Positions 11,641 to 24,372 of a DNA stretch of 64,000 nt are shown here, piece by piece. The stretch is from Diplonema japonicum. Taxonomy: Eukaryota > Protista > Euglenozoa: Diplonemea. The translations under genes and the position numbers were made by a program. The notes under the pieces were generated by a model, which had not been told where the DNA came from, ran no database searches, and saw only the letters and a list, made by a program, of their open reading frames with translations. The first letter of the stretch is position 1, and each line of letters starts with the position of its first letter. The DNA is taken from NCBI GenBank assembly GCA_964019335.1, contig OZ025709.1:310001-374000 (forward strand), read 5' to 3'.

Positions 11641-13612
11641 GGGGACACTTTTTATATAAAATTATACTTTGAGTGATACATAATAATCGCAACTCGATAG
11701 TTAAACAAAAGATAAAAACAAAAAAGAGCAAAAAAATATTTCATTTTTTTTTTTTTTTTACACAAAAAAATAAAAGAGGAAAATGAAAAAAGAAAGGGGG
11801 GGGGGGAGAAATAATAATAATAATAAAAAACAGGAGAGAAAAAAAAAAAGTAGTTTTAGAAAGTACCGTGTTTTAAATCAATAGGGTCCAAATACTTCTA
11901 AAGAGCCTCCTTAGGGAGATCCCCCTCCTTCTCGGTTGTTAAAATAATGAAGGTACTTTTCTTTTTCTTTTTTTTTTCCCCCAAAAATTTTTCATCCGTT
12001 TGCGATTTAAACTTAAAACACGGCATTTCTTAGAGGGATCTTTTTTTTTTCTCGTTCCTAAAAAAAGGTTTTTTCCTTTCGCACAAACTTTGGGAGTTTT
12101 TTTTTTTTAAAAAGATTCTTTAATAATACAAATTTAACCCTTATCAACCCCCCCCCCCCCCCCCCCCCTCTCTCCCCCCACCCAGCTCTGTCTGTGCGAG
12201 TGACTCATACCATACAAAAGTGAAAAAAATCGACTTTGGACTAGGCTGAGATGTCTTGAGGGTTACCAAAAAAAAAAAAAAAAAAAAAAAGGAAAAGTAT
12301 TTTTTTTTTGACTTTTTCCCAAAAGGTTTTTTTTTTTTTCCTTTTTTTTTTTTTTTTTTTCTTTCTCATTTCTGATTTGGTGTGTTTGCATTTTTTTTTT
12401 TTTTTTTTTTTTGTTTTTTGAATTGCTCCCACCTATTCTTGCCCACCCCCCCTTTTTTTTTTCTTTCTTGCAGTTTTTACACCCACTCTCTCTGCAAGGG
12501 AAGCAGAAAATATGAAGGGGGAAAAAAGGAAGATGAAAGGGAAGGGGCCACATCTCAGCTGAGGAGAGAGAGGGGGATGGGTTTTTTTTTAAAGCTATTT
12601 TCCCTTCTCTATGCAACAAGAAAAAATGGGGGGGAAATAGATTCACGAATGGAAGGAAGGTAGGAAGAAAAAAAAAATTAAACAAAACATATGTAGGGAG
12701 GAGGGGGAGGGGAGGAGGCTGGATGAACACAAAGGAAGAAGAAAAGGGAGGAATAATAAATAATAAAGAGGACACGAGAAAGGAAAAGGGTGCGAGGAAG
12801 GCCACGAGTAAATTACTTGCCTCAAGAGAAAGTAGGAAAGGAAAGAAAAAAGCAATTTAAAAAAAAAAGGGAAAAAAAAAAATCTGTTACATTGTCCAAG
12901 CCACCAATTTTCTTAAATTTCCTACTTTTCTCCGTTCTTTTTTTTTGACCCCCCCCCAACAACACAGGGAGGGGGAAAAAAAAATAAATAATTAAAGAAA
13001 CCACCCATTTCCTCTGCTCTTTTTATTTTTTTTTTATTTTTAATTTTTTTTTTTTTGTTTTTATTTTTCCAAACTTCTTCCTCAAAGCACACGAACAAGG
13101 GGGTTTAAAGAGGGGAAGGATATTTGTGTAAAGCAATATAAAAAAAAAAAAAAAAAGAAAAAAAAAGAAAAAAAAAAAAGTACAGAAAGAGGCTGAATAC
13201 CGTTTTTTTGATAACCAAAAGGATTTTGAAAAAAAAAGGGGGCAGCGTGCCTGGGCTATTATTATAAACTGAAGTTTGCCCCTCTAACTTCTTCTGGGGG
13301 GGGGGGGGGGGGGGGTTATCAAAGAAACACGTATATTTGTTTTTTTTTATAAGTTTTTTTTTCCCCCCTTCCTGTTCCCGGTCTGACATTTTCCCTCTTT
13401 TTTTTTTTTTTTTCCTCTTCTCGTTTTTTTTTTTTTTTTTCGAAGAAAAGAAGAAAAAAAAAAAGAAGAAGAAAAAAAAAAGAGAGAGAAAAAAGAGGGG
13501 GGGAAAAAAAAGAAAACGGAGAAGGGGAAAGACAGGGTAGGGAATAGGCGAAAGAAAGAAAACAAAGGAAGAAGAAAAACACCTTCCATTCTTACTTGTT
13601 CGAGGTTTTTCT

Positions 13613-13658
<46 letters not shown>

Positions 13659-15240
13659 GATCAGAACCTATTCTGCCCCATCATGCGGCCTCCCAAGATT
13701 CTTTTTTTTTTCTCTTTTTTTCCCCCCCTCTGTTTTTTTTTCTCCCTAAAAAGGGTTAATGAACAGTTGGGAAGAGGTGAAAGGAAAAGAAGAAGAAGAG
13801 GAAAAAAAAAAAAAAATAATAAATAAAAAAAAGGGGGGGCAACTTGGAGTGAGAAATTGACAAGCGTCACTAGGGGACTCCTTTAAGCAAGCGAGAGTAA
13901 AAAAAAAAAAGAATTGTTGTTGGTTTTGCTTTCTCTTTTTTTTTTTTCTTTTTTTTTCTTTCCTTTTTCTCTTCTCCGTCTGCTTGTGTCCCTCTCACTA
14001 CAACCAATTTTTTTTTATGCGTGAAATAAATAAATAAAAAAAAAAACACCTGAGAGAGAAGGTAAAGCGAATAGGGGTGGAGGGGAAATGGTATGATATA
14101 AAGAAAGAGACATTTTGTTTTTCTTTTCTTTTTTTTATGTACTTTTTTTTTAATATATTAGTGTGCAATGTTTTTTTTTTCTTTTTTTTTTTTTTTTTTT
14201 TTTCTTTTTTTCTTTCTTTTTTTTTGTTGGGGAGAATATGAGGGAGAGAGGGCGACAATTAAAACACACAATATAAAAAAAAAAAAAAAATCCATTCTCC
14301 TCTTGTTATTTTTGTATGCAATCATGCTGTTCTGGAAAAAAAAAGGGGGTGGAAAGGAAAAAAAAAAAGATGGGGGAGTTACCTATGAATCAGAGTCGGA
14401 ATCAATTTAAAATTTCTCAACGGCCATGTTTTCCTAGACAGTTGATCGAGAAACGAGGGAAAAAAAAAAAAAAAAAGGAAGGTTTTAAAGTTTAAATTGT
14501 GGCTGTTGAACCTTCGAATCGATTTTCCAGGTGTGCGCAGTTTATGCCAAAAAAAATGCATTAATTCAATGAAGGTGAGAAGGCCCACATCTAGGGAAGT
14601 GGGGGAGGATGTAAGAACAATAAATCATGGACTATAACTAGTAAACCAGGAAAGGGAGAGAGAGAGAGTATATTCTTGTTTTATTATTTTTTTTTTTTTT
14701 TTACTTCAAAAAAAAAAAAAGAAAGAAAAAAAAAACAAATAGAAATGGGATTAAAAAAAATAAAGTAAAAATAAAAATAGCAGAAAGTACTCTTTTGCAT
14801 TTCGGTTTCTTTTTTTTTCTTCTTAAAACTGGGCATTAACAAAAAAGGGGGGAGGGAGAAAGTGAAAGGAAAAGTATGAATGTGGAAGGAGTGAACTTGG
14901 GTTGGAGCCCTACCTCCCTTACTTCCCCCCCCCCCCCCCCCCTTGAAATCATTAGAAAATAAGAAAGATAGAGAATGAATTGGAGGTTTTTTTTTTTTTT
15001 TTTCTTCTTTCTTTTTTCTTTTGGTTTCCTTTTTTTTTTTTTTCTTTTTCTTCTCGTTCTTCATAAACACCACCCACCTACACCCCCCCCCCCCCCCCCT
15101 TTGTTCATCTTTTTTTTTCAAAAACCCCGATTTTCTGCCCCTTTGTCCATTTTTTTTTTTAAAAAAGAAAAACAGAGAGAGTTTTTTAAAAGAGGTTTTT
15201 TTTTTTTTTTTTTTCTTCTTCTTCTTCTTCTTCTCGTTCT

Positions 15241-15816
15241 TCAGTTCATAGTCATAGGGAGGATAAGCCCATGCAGACTAAATGCCCCTGCCACGTGGGA
15301 GGGTCCTGCAAAGGGTCTGGTGGTATTTTCTGGCGTAGCGGTGTCATGGCCAAGCGACGAGGAAAGAGAGGATGCGTCATCACATTCCGGAGCAGGAGGC
15401 AAACGAGGAGCAGCCGCAGTTGTACTAGAGACTGCTGGAGAGGCAATGTCAGATGGCTTCAAGGGGTTTGCGAACCTAACACACATAGGAGGAGTTTCAG
15501 GATTGACTTTGAACCCGTTCAGCCTCGCGATGGCGTGTGCTGCGGAAGAGTACTCAACAAAGCTCACAAACCCACACCTCCACCTACCCTTTCCCTCTTG
15601 CTTCAAGAGGTACGTGTCGGCAAGTGCTCCAAACGGCGAGAAAAGGATCTCCAGGTCCTCCTTCACGATCTGGTTGGGAAGGGTCCCCACGAAAAGGTTG
15701 TACCCTGTCCTCCCTTTGCTCTGCACCGGCGGGGTGTAGTTCGGGCAGTTCGTGGGCCTGTAGTTCGAGGGAAGCCCGGTCTCCGTCGCGAGGTTTGTTT
15801 CCGTGTGTGCGCTCAT
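15241..15816 (-). CDS. Single-RRM RNA-binding protein (CELF/ELAV-like)
   Basis: RNP2 NLFVGTLP, RNP1 RCGFVSF, AIARLNG...PMCVRFA. Confidence 0.85.
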   Translation of the reverse strand: MSAHTETNLATETGLPSNYRPTNCPNYTPPVQSKGRTGYNLFVGTLPNQIVKEDLEILFSPFGALADTYLLKQEGKGRWRCGFVSFVEYSSAAHAIARLNGFKVNPETPPMCVRFANPLKPSDIASPAVSSTTAAAPRLPPAPECDDASSLSSSLGHDTATPENTTRPFAGPSHVAGAFSLHGLILPMTMN

Positions 15817-15883
15817 TTTTTTTTTTTTTTTTTTTTTCTTTTTTTCTGATGTGCGTAAAAAAAAAAAAAAAATTTTTTTTTAA

Positions 15884-17573
15884 CCCATAAAGGAACGGAG
15901 CTGAATATTCAGCTAAAAAAAATTTTTTTTTTAATTCTGCTAAGGCATTTTTAGTGCTCTGCATGCCCACTCTTTAAAGAGGGGCCTTATTGCGCGACTT
16001 TTTTTATACTGAACGCTAAATCGCCCGTAAATTTTTGCATCCAAACTGCAAGGGGAGAAAAAAAATAGTGGCACAGACATTGTTTTTTTTTACACCCCAT
16101 AAGGAGTTGTGCCGAAAGCACTTCTGAAGAAGGGTCAGTGTCACCGGATGATGGGGATATCCCGGATATGGAAGGTGGGGAGGAAAATATTTCGCAAGGT
16201 ACCAGGTCCAAGTGTGCCAGTAGTTGGGTCTCAACGGGCTGGAGGTTTTTCTTTTGTTTTTGATAGGACGCCCCTCCAGCAGGGGGTTTGTCCTGTACTT
16301 TGAGTTGTTTTTCACTCCTGCGGCTCTAAAAGGCTATCGTGGGGTGGGCAGCAAGCCATTCGAGTGGTATAGAGGCCTTTGGATACTTACAGGGCTCATA
16401 ATCAAGACAGATATCAAGGTCTACTGGGCACAGGATGAACTCACAGATACCCCATATTCACAATATTTCAGAACGGTAATGGAAAGAAACAGGCTCCTAA
16501 GAATAATGCGCCAAATGGGGTTTGGGTTGCCCGCTGGTGGAGGAGAAGGAGACAGAATGGCTAAAGGGCGCAATCTTATAAATCTTGTGGTTCCTTCTTG
16601 GTCATCCCTGTATGTACCCAGGCGAAACCTTGCTGTGGATGAACCATCATACGCTGTAGAAGCCGTGTCACGATTGTTTGTACCGGCGCGGGCACCCGGG
16701 GGAAAGAGGCAGAGCTACTCACCGAATATCAGCACCAGAATTACTGGATTGTCTTTGACAACTGCTTTCGCTTGTCCCATTGTTGATACGGATTTACAAT
16801 GCGGATTTCCACTGCATGGTGACCATCAGGAAAACCCGGAAATTGCTCCCAGAATACCCATTCAGTGTCAGCAAGTGTGTGGCAAAGAAATCTTGTCAAA
16901 CAACATCATCGCAAAAGGGTGGCACCCACATCAAGTGTTCCCCGCCGCAGCCGAAGATACCTACCCCTCAGGGTGCACCTTCACGTACCAAGGGTGCACC
17001 TTCAATGTGTCCTGAAAAGATGCAAAAGGCACGGAATTGCACTGTGTGCAACAAATTAGAGAAAAAACGCACCCAGACCATGTTCTCGTGCAGAGATTGC
17101 AACGTAGCAATGTGCCCTGTGCCCTGTGCCCTGTTTCGAATTTTTTCACATTAACGACACCTTAAAAAACCACCTGAAAACCTCTTGAAAACCACTTGAA
17201 AATAGAAATACGTTTAAATTAGACAAGTCGCATATCTGCGGCACCTCGGACCTTGTGTTCAAAGAACGGCCATAAGTGGTGAAAAAAAAATAACCAGCCC
17301 ACCCTGCACGCTGAATAAGCGCTGCTTGCCGAAACCATGGAACCTCCGGATAGCATGTGCCCTTTGCAAGACGTTTCTCTCAAATGCTGCTCTACTACCA
17401 AAGTTTGGGCGCGTCTGGGGCTGAAATGCAGGCCGCTTCGCGCTCCAGAAATGGGGTAGTGAAAATAATATAGGTACACACCCTCTAACTCCACCCTCGC
17501 CATTTTATTTTGGTATTTGAACGAAAAGTTCAAAATCGACTTTTTAGACGAAAAATAGCGGTCCTTTTATGGG
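15884..17573 (+). mobile_element. piggyBac DNA transposon, internally deleted
   Basis: TTAA target duplications (15880-15883, 17574-17577); termini CCCATAAAGGA.../...TCCTTTTATGGG; transposase remnants YW...VMERNR...YVPRRNLAVDE (16224-17015) and Cys-rich tail CTVC...MFSCRDCNVAMCPVPC (to 17154). Most of the DDD core is missing. Confidence 0.9.
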
Positions 17574-17680
17574 TTAAAAAAAAAAAAAAAAAGAGAGAGA
17601 GAAAACAGAATGTATTTAAGGACACTCGACACTTTTTATGTTCCCCGCTTCCTTTTTTTAATTTTTTTTTTTTTTTCCCC

Positions 17681-18331
17681 CTACCAAGTTGGCCCTACTA
17701 CAGGAGGCAGCAGTATGACCTCGTGTCTTGCAGTTGATTTTTCGGTGCTACTATACCACGGTTTTACGTAGCCAGCTTTGATCGCAATTCTTTTCAGCTT
17801 CGTGGGGAGCTGGAGGACGATCGGCTTCGCTGCCTTTCGCTTGCGCCGAAGCTTTCGCTTCAGGTTGCGGTCAGAAGGATCGTTACTTGCAGGGCTGCAG
17901 TATAGAGTAGAGTCCGAATCTTCAGCAGGAGTGGGGTCGGTGGGTTGCTGTTGTTTAGCAGCTGAAGAAGAGGAAGAGGAAGAGGAGTCAGAGTCAGAGG
18001 AAGAAGAGTCGGATGATGAAGATGAAGATGAAGATGATGACGATGAAGGTTGTGCCGCGGGGGGGGCAACCTTCTCTTCCTTCTTCTCCTCCATCCCCAC
18101 CACCACCATGACTGTGGCTGTGACTATTTTTTTCGCTGTGGTCCTTGCCACGACTTCAACCAGCTCTCCGTTGTTCTTTGTCTGCAGGAGGCTGTCCACG
18201 TTCTCACCCTCTCCCACAAGATCGCCTGCAAGACCTATAATACTGTCACCTTTGTTCAGCTTTGAATTGTCCAATGACACCGCCTCAACCATATTCCCCT
18301 TCAGCGTTAACCCATATAGAATTTTTTTCAT
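17681..18331 (-). CDS. Hypothetical protein with PDZ-like N-terminus, Ser-rich tract and basic tail
   Basis: YGLTLKGNMVEAV...LNKGDSIIGLAG resembles a PDZ fold; true start and possible upstream exons are uncertain. Confidence 0.5.
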   Translation of the reverse strand: MKKILYGLTLKGNMVEAVSLDNSKLNKGDSIIGLAGDLVGEGENVDSLLQTKNNGELVEVVARTTAKKIVTATVMVVVGMEEKKEEKVAPPAAQPSSSSSSSSSSSSDSSSSDSDSSSSSSSSAAKQQQPTDPTPAEDSDSTLYCSPASNDPSDRNLKRKLRRKRKAAKPIVLQLPTKLKRIAIKAGYVKPWYSSTEKSTARHEVILLPPVVGPTW

Positions 18332-18887
18332 TTTTCCCCCCCCCCTCGCTCCCACTTTTTTTTTTTCTTGCAGTGGAAAGCAAAAATTTTTAAAAAATAC
18401 GAAAACTAAACTGTATCCCCTCCCCTATCCCTATGTTGGCCACAAAAAGGAAGAAAAAAAAAAAAGAAAGAATGAGAAAAAAAAAGGGGGGGTTAGGCAA
18501 GGCGGCTTAAGAAAGAAAGGGAAACGAAAAAAAAAAGGGAGGGTGTGTGTGTGTTGTGTATAAGACAAGGGATATTGTCCCCCCCCCCCCCCCCCCTTTT
18601 ATAATTAGTACTGTAAAGCGAAAAAAGCCCGGAAGAGAAAATTGCCGGAGTGACAAACTCCCGGAAAAAGCGAAAAAAGCCCGGATATTTTTCTCCACTG
18701 GCATTTTCGGCTTGGGGTCCTTTGGGGCTGGAGGATCTTTCTGGGGCCACCTCTCGCTTCTTGCATAAGGATACAAGAAGTACAAGAATTCCTCGCTTTC
18801 TGTAGGGCCTGATGAAGGATTTTTTTTTTTTTTTTTTTTTTCCCGTTTTACAGTTATTTATTTTTTTATTATTATTATTTTTTTTTT

Positions 18888-19232
18888 TTAAAATCCCATA
18901 TCGTCAGACGACTGCTTGCGCTTTATGATGTACACAGCACCCACAACAAAGAAGCCTCCTAGGAAGGAAACAACAGCGGCCCCATCGTTAATTAAACCTG
19001 CGTGTGTGGTGGACTACCCCTCCCCTCTTCTGTTCATACTGTTATGCAGCAGGACAAAGGTCAAGCACGGTCCCGAAACACCAAACATCCCAATTATAAA
19101 ATTCCCTAGAGTTTCAAACCCTGAGTTGTCCTCCAAGAACGAGGAATCTGACGGCGCACACAAAAAAAGAGGCAGAGGTGCAATTAGGTACATAGCCATT
19201 ATCAGCAGTGGGTAGAATGTGTCGTCGATCAC

Positions 19233-19284
<52 letters not shown>

Positions 19285-19380
19285 CATTTCTACATACGTG
19301 CAAGCGAGTATGTGTAAAACACAGCCCACCACAATGAAGAGGGCTGCGATGAGCAAGCTCTTCTGGTCTACTGGTTCCGA

Positions 19381-19383
<3 letters not shown>
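18888..19383 (-). CDS. VPS55: Vps55/LEPROT-family membrane protein; 2 introns (19234-19297, 18998-19039)
   Basis: Spliced: MSEPVDQKSLLIAALFIVVGCVLHILACT|VIDDTFYPLLIMAMYLIAPLP...FIIGMFGVSGPCLTFVLLHN|SLINDG(AAVVSFLGGFF...DDMGF*). The last exon needs one extra G near 18981 (probable homopolymer error). Confidence 0.78.
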
Positions 19384-19419
<36 letters not shown>

Positions 19420-19541
19420 CCTCCCCTCTCCCCTCTTATTTTTTGTGGTTGTGGTTGTTGTTAAAATATCCATATATCTGTGCATCGCGGATTCAATAGG
19501 AAAAAAAAAAAAAAAGAAGGGGAAAGAAGAAAAAAAAAGAG

Positions 19542-19579
<38 letters not shown>

Positions 19580-20619
19580 AAATGGAACAGCAGGGGGGAG
19601 GAGAGAAAAAGAAGGAGAAAAAAAAAAAAAGAGAAGTCTTCAAAATTTTAAAAAAATATCGAATTTGTTACCCATCGCTCCCTTTCTTCTTTTCTGTCTG
19701 TTATGTGCATACAACAACAAAAGCGCCAGATCCCCCCCCCCCCCCCCCTTCTTTTTTTCCCCTTAACGCATTCCTCCCTTCCCTTCTCGTTTTATAAAAA
19801 AAGAAAAGGGTGCATTTTTTCTCTTTTTTTTTTTGGTTTTTACCCCTCCAGTTAAGAGAAAAAAAAGGGAAAAAAATAAGAGAAAAAAAAGGGGGGTGAA
19901 GGAAAGGGAAAAAAAAATCAAGAAAATAAAAAAAAAAAAAGAAGAAGGACAACCACATGGGACACAATTTTTATCACTTTGAAAGAAGCAGAGGAAAAAG
20001 AAAAAAGAAGAGGGATAATGAAAGAAGAAGGGAATGGGGGGGGGGGGGGGGGGGGGAGTACCTAGTCCCTGACGAACGGGAATTTTTTTTAATTTTTTTT
20101 TAAAACTTTGGGCCCAAAAAACCCTACCACCCCCCACTACCACCGAAGTGAAAGAAAAAAAGAAAAAGCCTTTTTCCAACGTCGCCTTCAGCTTACAACT
20201 TGCAACAAACCTGGACTGAAGGTTATTTGGAAGAGAAAAAAAAAGAAAAGAAGAAGACAGACTTGCCTCGCCCAATTGCTAAAAAAAAAAAAAAAAAAGG
20301 AGGAAAAAAGCCCTGCTCTGGTATTTGACCTTTTTCTGAAATTGTACAACGAGATGGGGCTTATAAAGCAAATAAATTGGGCGGGCTTGAGGGAGGGCAA
20401 AATGAAACAAGGGGAAGATGAGGGGGGCTAAAATAAAGAACCGGACCCCCCCCCCCCCCCAGCAACCAGCCACGACACCATCAGTTTGTGTATGTAAAAC
20501 TGCGTAGAGGGGGGGGGGGGGACCTTTCTATCACCTTCCAGCGAAAAACTTCTTTTGAGGCAATAATAAAGCATTAGTATGTTAGTAAGAAAAGTCCACA
20601 AGAGCAAGAAAAATGCATA

Positions 20620-20691
20620 TCTCCTATGGTGTAGTGGTTAGCACTCGGGACTCTGAATCCCGCGACCGCGGTTCGAATCCGCGTAGGAGAA
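20620..20691 (+). tRNA. tRNA-Gln(CTG)
   Basis: TCTCCTA/TAGGAGA acceptor, CGGGA-CT-CTG-AA-TCCCG anticodon arm, GGTTCGAATCC, T7 terminator. Confidence 0.95.
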
Positions 20692-21929
20692 TTTTTTTCC
20701 ACAAACCCGCACTGACAGACCCCTGCAACTGCACTTTTTTTTTTGCACAGAAAAGTAAAAAGGGGTGTCAGAAAAGACTTGTGATTGTGCATGAGCGCCA
20801 ACCAAACTGCAAACCGAGCTGCTAACCATAGTTCTAGATATCATCAAGGGAGGGGGAAAGGTTGGGAAAGAGGTAGCAGCTTTTTTTTTTTTTTTTCTTT
20901 TTTTTTTTCAGGAAGGAAAAAAAAAAAAGAAAAAAAAAAAAGAAGAAAAAAACCCCTGATAACCCTGAAATTTAAAAAAAAAAGGGGAAATCTACACCAC
21001 AACCCCCTTCACCCCTTTCCTCCCCTTTATACTTTTTTGTAAGAAAACTGCTAACTTGACCCTAAGTTCGGGGATATGATATTTTTTTTTTTTGGTCAAG
21101 TTATAATGTTATAAATAATTTTTTATTGAGTAGATTGTGTCTTTCTTGGGGGTAAGAAAGGAAAAAGGCTCCGTGAGTACAACCTGTTCGTCCACTAGGC
21201 GAACTCTTCCCCCCTCAAAAGAACGAAGGGAATAAAATAGACTGGGTTGTCCAAAGGTCATAAACCATGAAACCGGGGATTGATTTTTCATTTCAGATTG
21301 GGCTTGTCCCTGCATCAAGATGCAGTGGAGGAATGGAGGGAAGGAAAAAAAAATCGAAAAGCTCCAAAATGGTTTATGCCTTTTTTTGAAACAACGGTCA
21401 TATGGTATAATAATAATAATAAAAAAAAAAAAGAAAGAAAAATAAATAAAGGTCCGACACCCCCCTGATACCAAGGTAGCACCCTTTTGAGAAGAACAAA
21501 AAAAAGAAAAGCTGACAAAAATGGTTGGAATACACAAGAAAAAGAAGAAGAAAAAAAAAGAAGAAGAAGAAAAGGTGTTCAAAGAAAAAAAAGAAAAAAG
21601 CTATTTCGACATGCTGTGCACTCTTTTTTTTTCTTTTTTTTTTCTACTTCTTTTTCTCGTAGGTGCAAGCGACGAATAGTCAGGAAAAGAGAAGGAGGGG
21701 GAAAGAAACAGAAAGATGCACCTTAGTTGTAGGATCACAACTGGTGCCTCCCATTTTTTTTCTTTCATCCCTCTCTTTTGTAATTTCCCCCTTTTTTTTT
21801 CTTTTCTCCTTTTTTCCCCTCTTTTTTTTTTTTTTTTTTTTCCTTACCAACACCACTCTATTGGTCCAAACCATCTCCGCCCGCTCTTAATTTTACTTCC
21901 CTTGAGAGTCCAGAGTAGGCAATAATAAA

Positions 21930-21963
<34 letters not shown>

Positions 21964-22239
21964 AAATAGAAGAATGAAAAGAGAAATGTGAAATAGAACG
22001 ACATTTTTTTTTTTTTTTTTGAATGGGGCAGTGAAAGGGGGGAGAAGAATATCAAGGAAGAGAGGGAAAACCCAAAGCATTTTTTTTTTTTCTTGCAACG
22101 AAGGGGTGAGGGGGAAGGGGGGGAAAGAAAAAGAAACAGAAACACCAGAAACCCAACCACCCCCCGCTACCACAGGAATGTGAAGTGGAAGAAGAATAAA
22201 AAATAAAAAAAGGGGGGGGGGAGGAAACAAAAACAACTA

Positions 22240-22863
22240 TCATTTCTCAAAGCACGACGAAAGGATGTGTCTCATAGGGTGGAGTTGGTTGCCGCCCATT
22301 CTCAATGAACCGGAAGCTGTGGGTTCATTCAAAGATGGCTGAGGCTTCCTTGCAGCCAAGGCGTCAAAGGCATCGTCTTCAGGCAAGGGTGCAGGGATTT
22401 TAACAGGAACCGAAACTACCACAGGCGTTTCAGCCTCTTCAGGGACATGCTCTTCAGAAGACGAGAACACAGGAGGCACGCTGGAAGAGCGTCTCTTGAG
22501 TTCTGCCCCTTGGAAGAAGGTGAGGGGACAAGAAACCGATCTTGTGGCCGGTGCTGCGTCTTCGTCTTGTTCTTGTGGCTGCCTGCCTCTGGCCTTTCTC
22601 TTTTTGTTCTTCTTGTTCTTCTTCTTCTTCTTCTTCTTCCCTGCTTCGTCGATGATTCCAAAGGTGATTTCCGGTTCCTTCTCCTCCACCACCTCATTTC
22701 CTCCGTTCACCGCACTCATCCAGAGCATGTACCCATCGTCAAGACCCCCTGTAAATGCCTGCATTTGCGGCGGTGGGACAGGGTACTGGGGCACCATCTG
22801 CGGCATGGCACCAGGCCACATCACTGGGTGCATCGGTTGGCCGTACGCTTCACAATAGTTCAT
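22240..22863 (-). CDS. Hypothetical low-complexity protein (Pro/Gln/Met-rich N-terminus, poly-Lys)
   Basis: 207-aa ORF forming a GC-richer island; ATG preceded by A-tract like other genes here. Confidence 0.6.
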   Translation of the reverse strand: MNYCEAYGQPMHPVMWPGAMPQMVPQYPVPPPQMQAFTGGLDDGYMLWMSAVNGGNEVVEEKEPEITFGIIDEAGKKKKKKKNKKNKKRKARGRQPQEQDEDAAPATRSVSCPLTFFQGAELKRRSSSVPPVFSSSEEHVPEEAETPVVVSVPVKIPAPLPEDDAFDALAARKPQPSLNEPTASGSLRMGGNQLHPMRHILSSCFEK

Positions 22864-23335
22864 TTTTCCTTTTTTTTTTTCTTCTTCTTTTTTTTTTCTT
22901 TTTCTTTTTTTTGGCGTTTGAGATCACCAACCTGTGATGCAATGAATGAGCAAACTTAAACGTGAGGGAATGGCGCTAAAAATTGATCCAGATTTTGAAA
23001 ACGCTCAAAGTCAGATTGGGGACTCCCGTAAGCCGATGAAAGCCACACATTGGAGGGAAGGCCTTAATGGCATTCGCATCAGTGCAAGAAACTCCCCCCC
23101 CCCCCCCCCCCCCTGTCCACGGGTTTTGTCTGGTTTCGCCATATTTGTCTCGTTCGCCATTTCGTCTGTTACCGCCGGTTTTTTTTTTTTCTTTTTTTTT
23201 TTTTATTTTCTTTTTTTTTTTTTGCTTTGTTTTGCTCTACAATATATAAAAAAAATATGGGGGAGGGGGGGAGAAGAGGGGAAAATAGCCACACCACATC
23301 GGACAAAAGAAGAGAGAGAGAGAAAGAAGAAGAAG

Positions 23336-23375
<40 letters not shown>

Positions 23376-23713
23376 GACTCGATTTATCTCTTGATGTTGT
23401 CAAAGGACGATATTTTAGTAGACCTTTTTTTTTTGGAGGGGGGCACATGAAGAGGTATGAGGCGTAAGTAAAAAAAAAAGAGGGGGGAGCTCAAAGGCTT
23501 TTTTCCCCTTTTACTTCGTGTTATTTTGTACAAAATAATATAAAAAAATGAACAACGTAGTGAAAGGACCCCTCCTGTTGTGTCATTAGTGGTTGTGTAG
23601 GAAAGAAAAGGACAAAAAAAAAAAGAGACAACGAAACAAGGTACCGATAAAAAGTGGGGAATATGAGCTCATTGGAGGGAAGAAAAACAAGTATGTGGAA
23701 TAGTAAGAATAAA

Positions 23714-23749
<36 letters not shown>

Positions 23750-24264
23750 CAAATAAAAATCCTGATATCTGAAGAATTGTTTTCGCTGAAAAAAAGGACC
23801 TAAAAAAAATGGCTGTAGGTAAGAGTGCCGGGATTTCAAAGAATGGAGGAAGATTCCTGCTAAGCAGTGGCAGGTTTACCTTCCCCTCCCCCCCCTTTTT
23901 TTTTTCTTTCCTCAAACTATTGTTCAAATTTTCTACTTTCCAGCCTTCCATTGATCCAGGGGCGGGCGGGTTTATTATTAGTTTATTTGTTTATTATTCT
24001 TTTTTTTTCTTATTCTTTTTTTTCTTTCTGGGTTTTCCCTTCGTTCTTTGATCCCCCCCCCCACTATCCACTTCGTTTAAAAAAAAAAACAAACAAACAA
24101 AAAAAAAAAGGAAACAAGAGTTTTATTTAATCTCATTTTCCATGATAAAAATGCAAAACCCTCACCTGAAGAATCATCGCCTCCCCCCCTCCCCCGGTCC
24201 ATAGACATAGGCAGCGGAAAGTAAGAACTGGCTCCAAGGAAGAGACACAACACCGTTCACGGTT

Positions 24265-24309
<45 letters not shown>

Positions 24310-24372
24310 GCTGGCCTACCAAGAACCCATGCATTGCAAGCGAATGGAATGCGTACCTCCCCCCCTCCTCGT

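Noticed and set aside
7390-15121. Many poly-Phe/poly-Lys ORFs in the track
   Set aside because: Translations of A/T homopolymer runs with no protein-like content.
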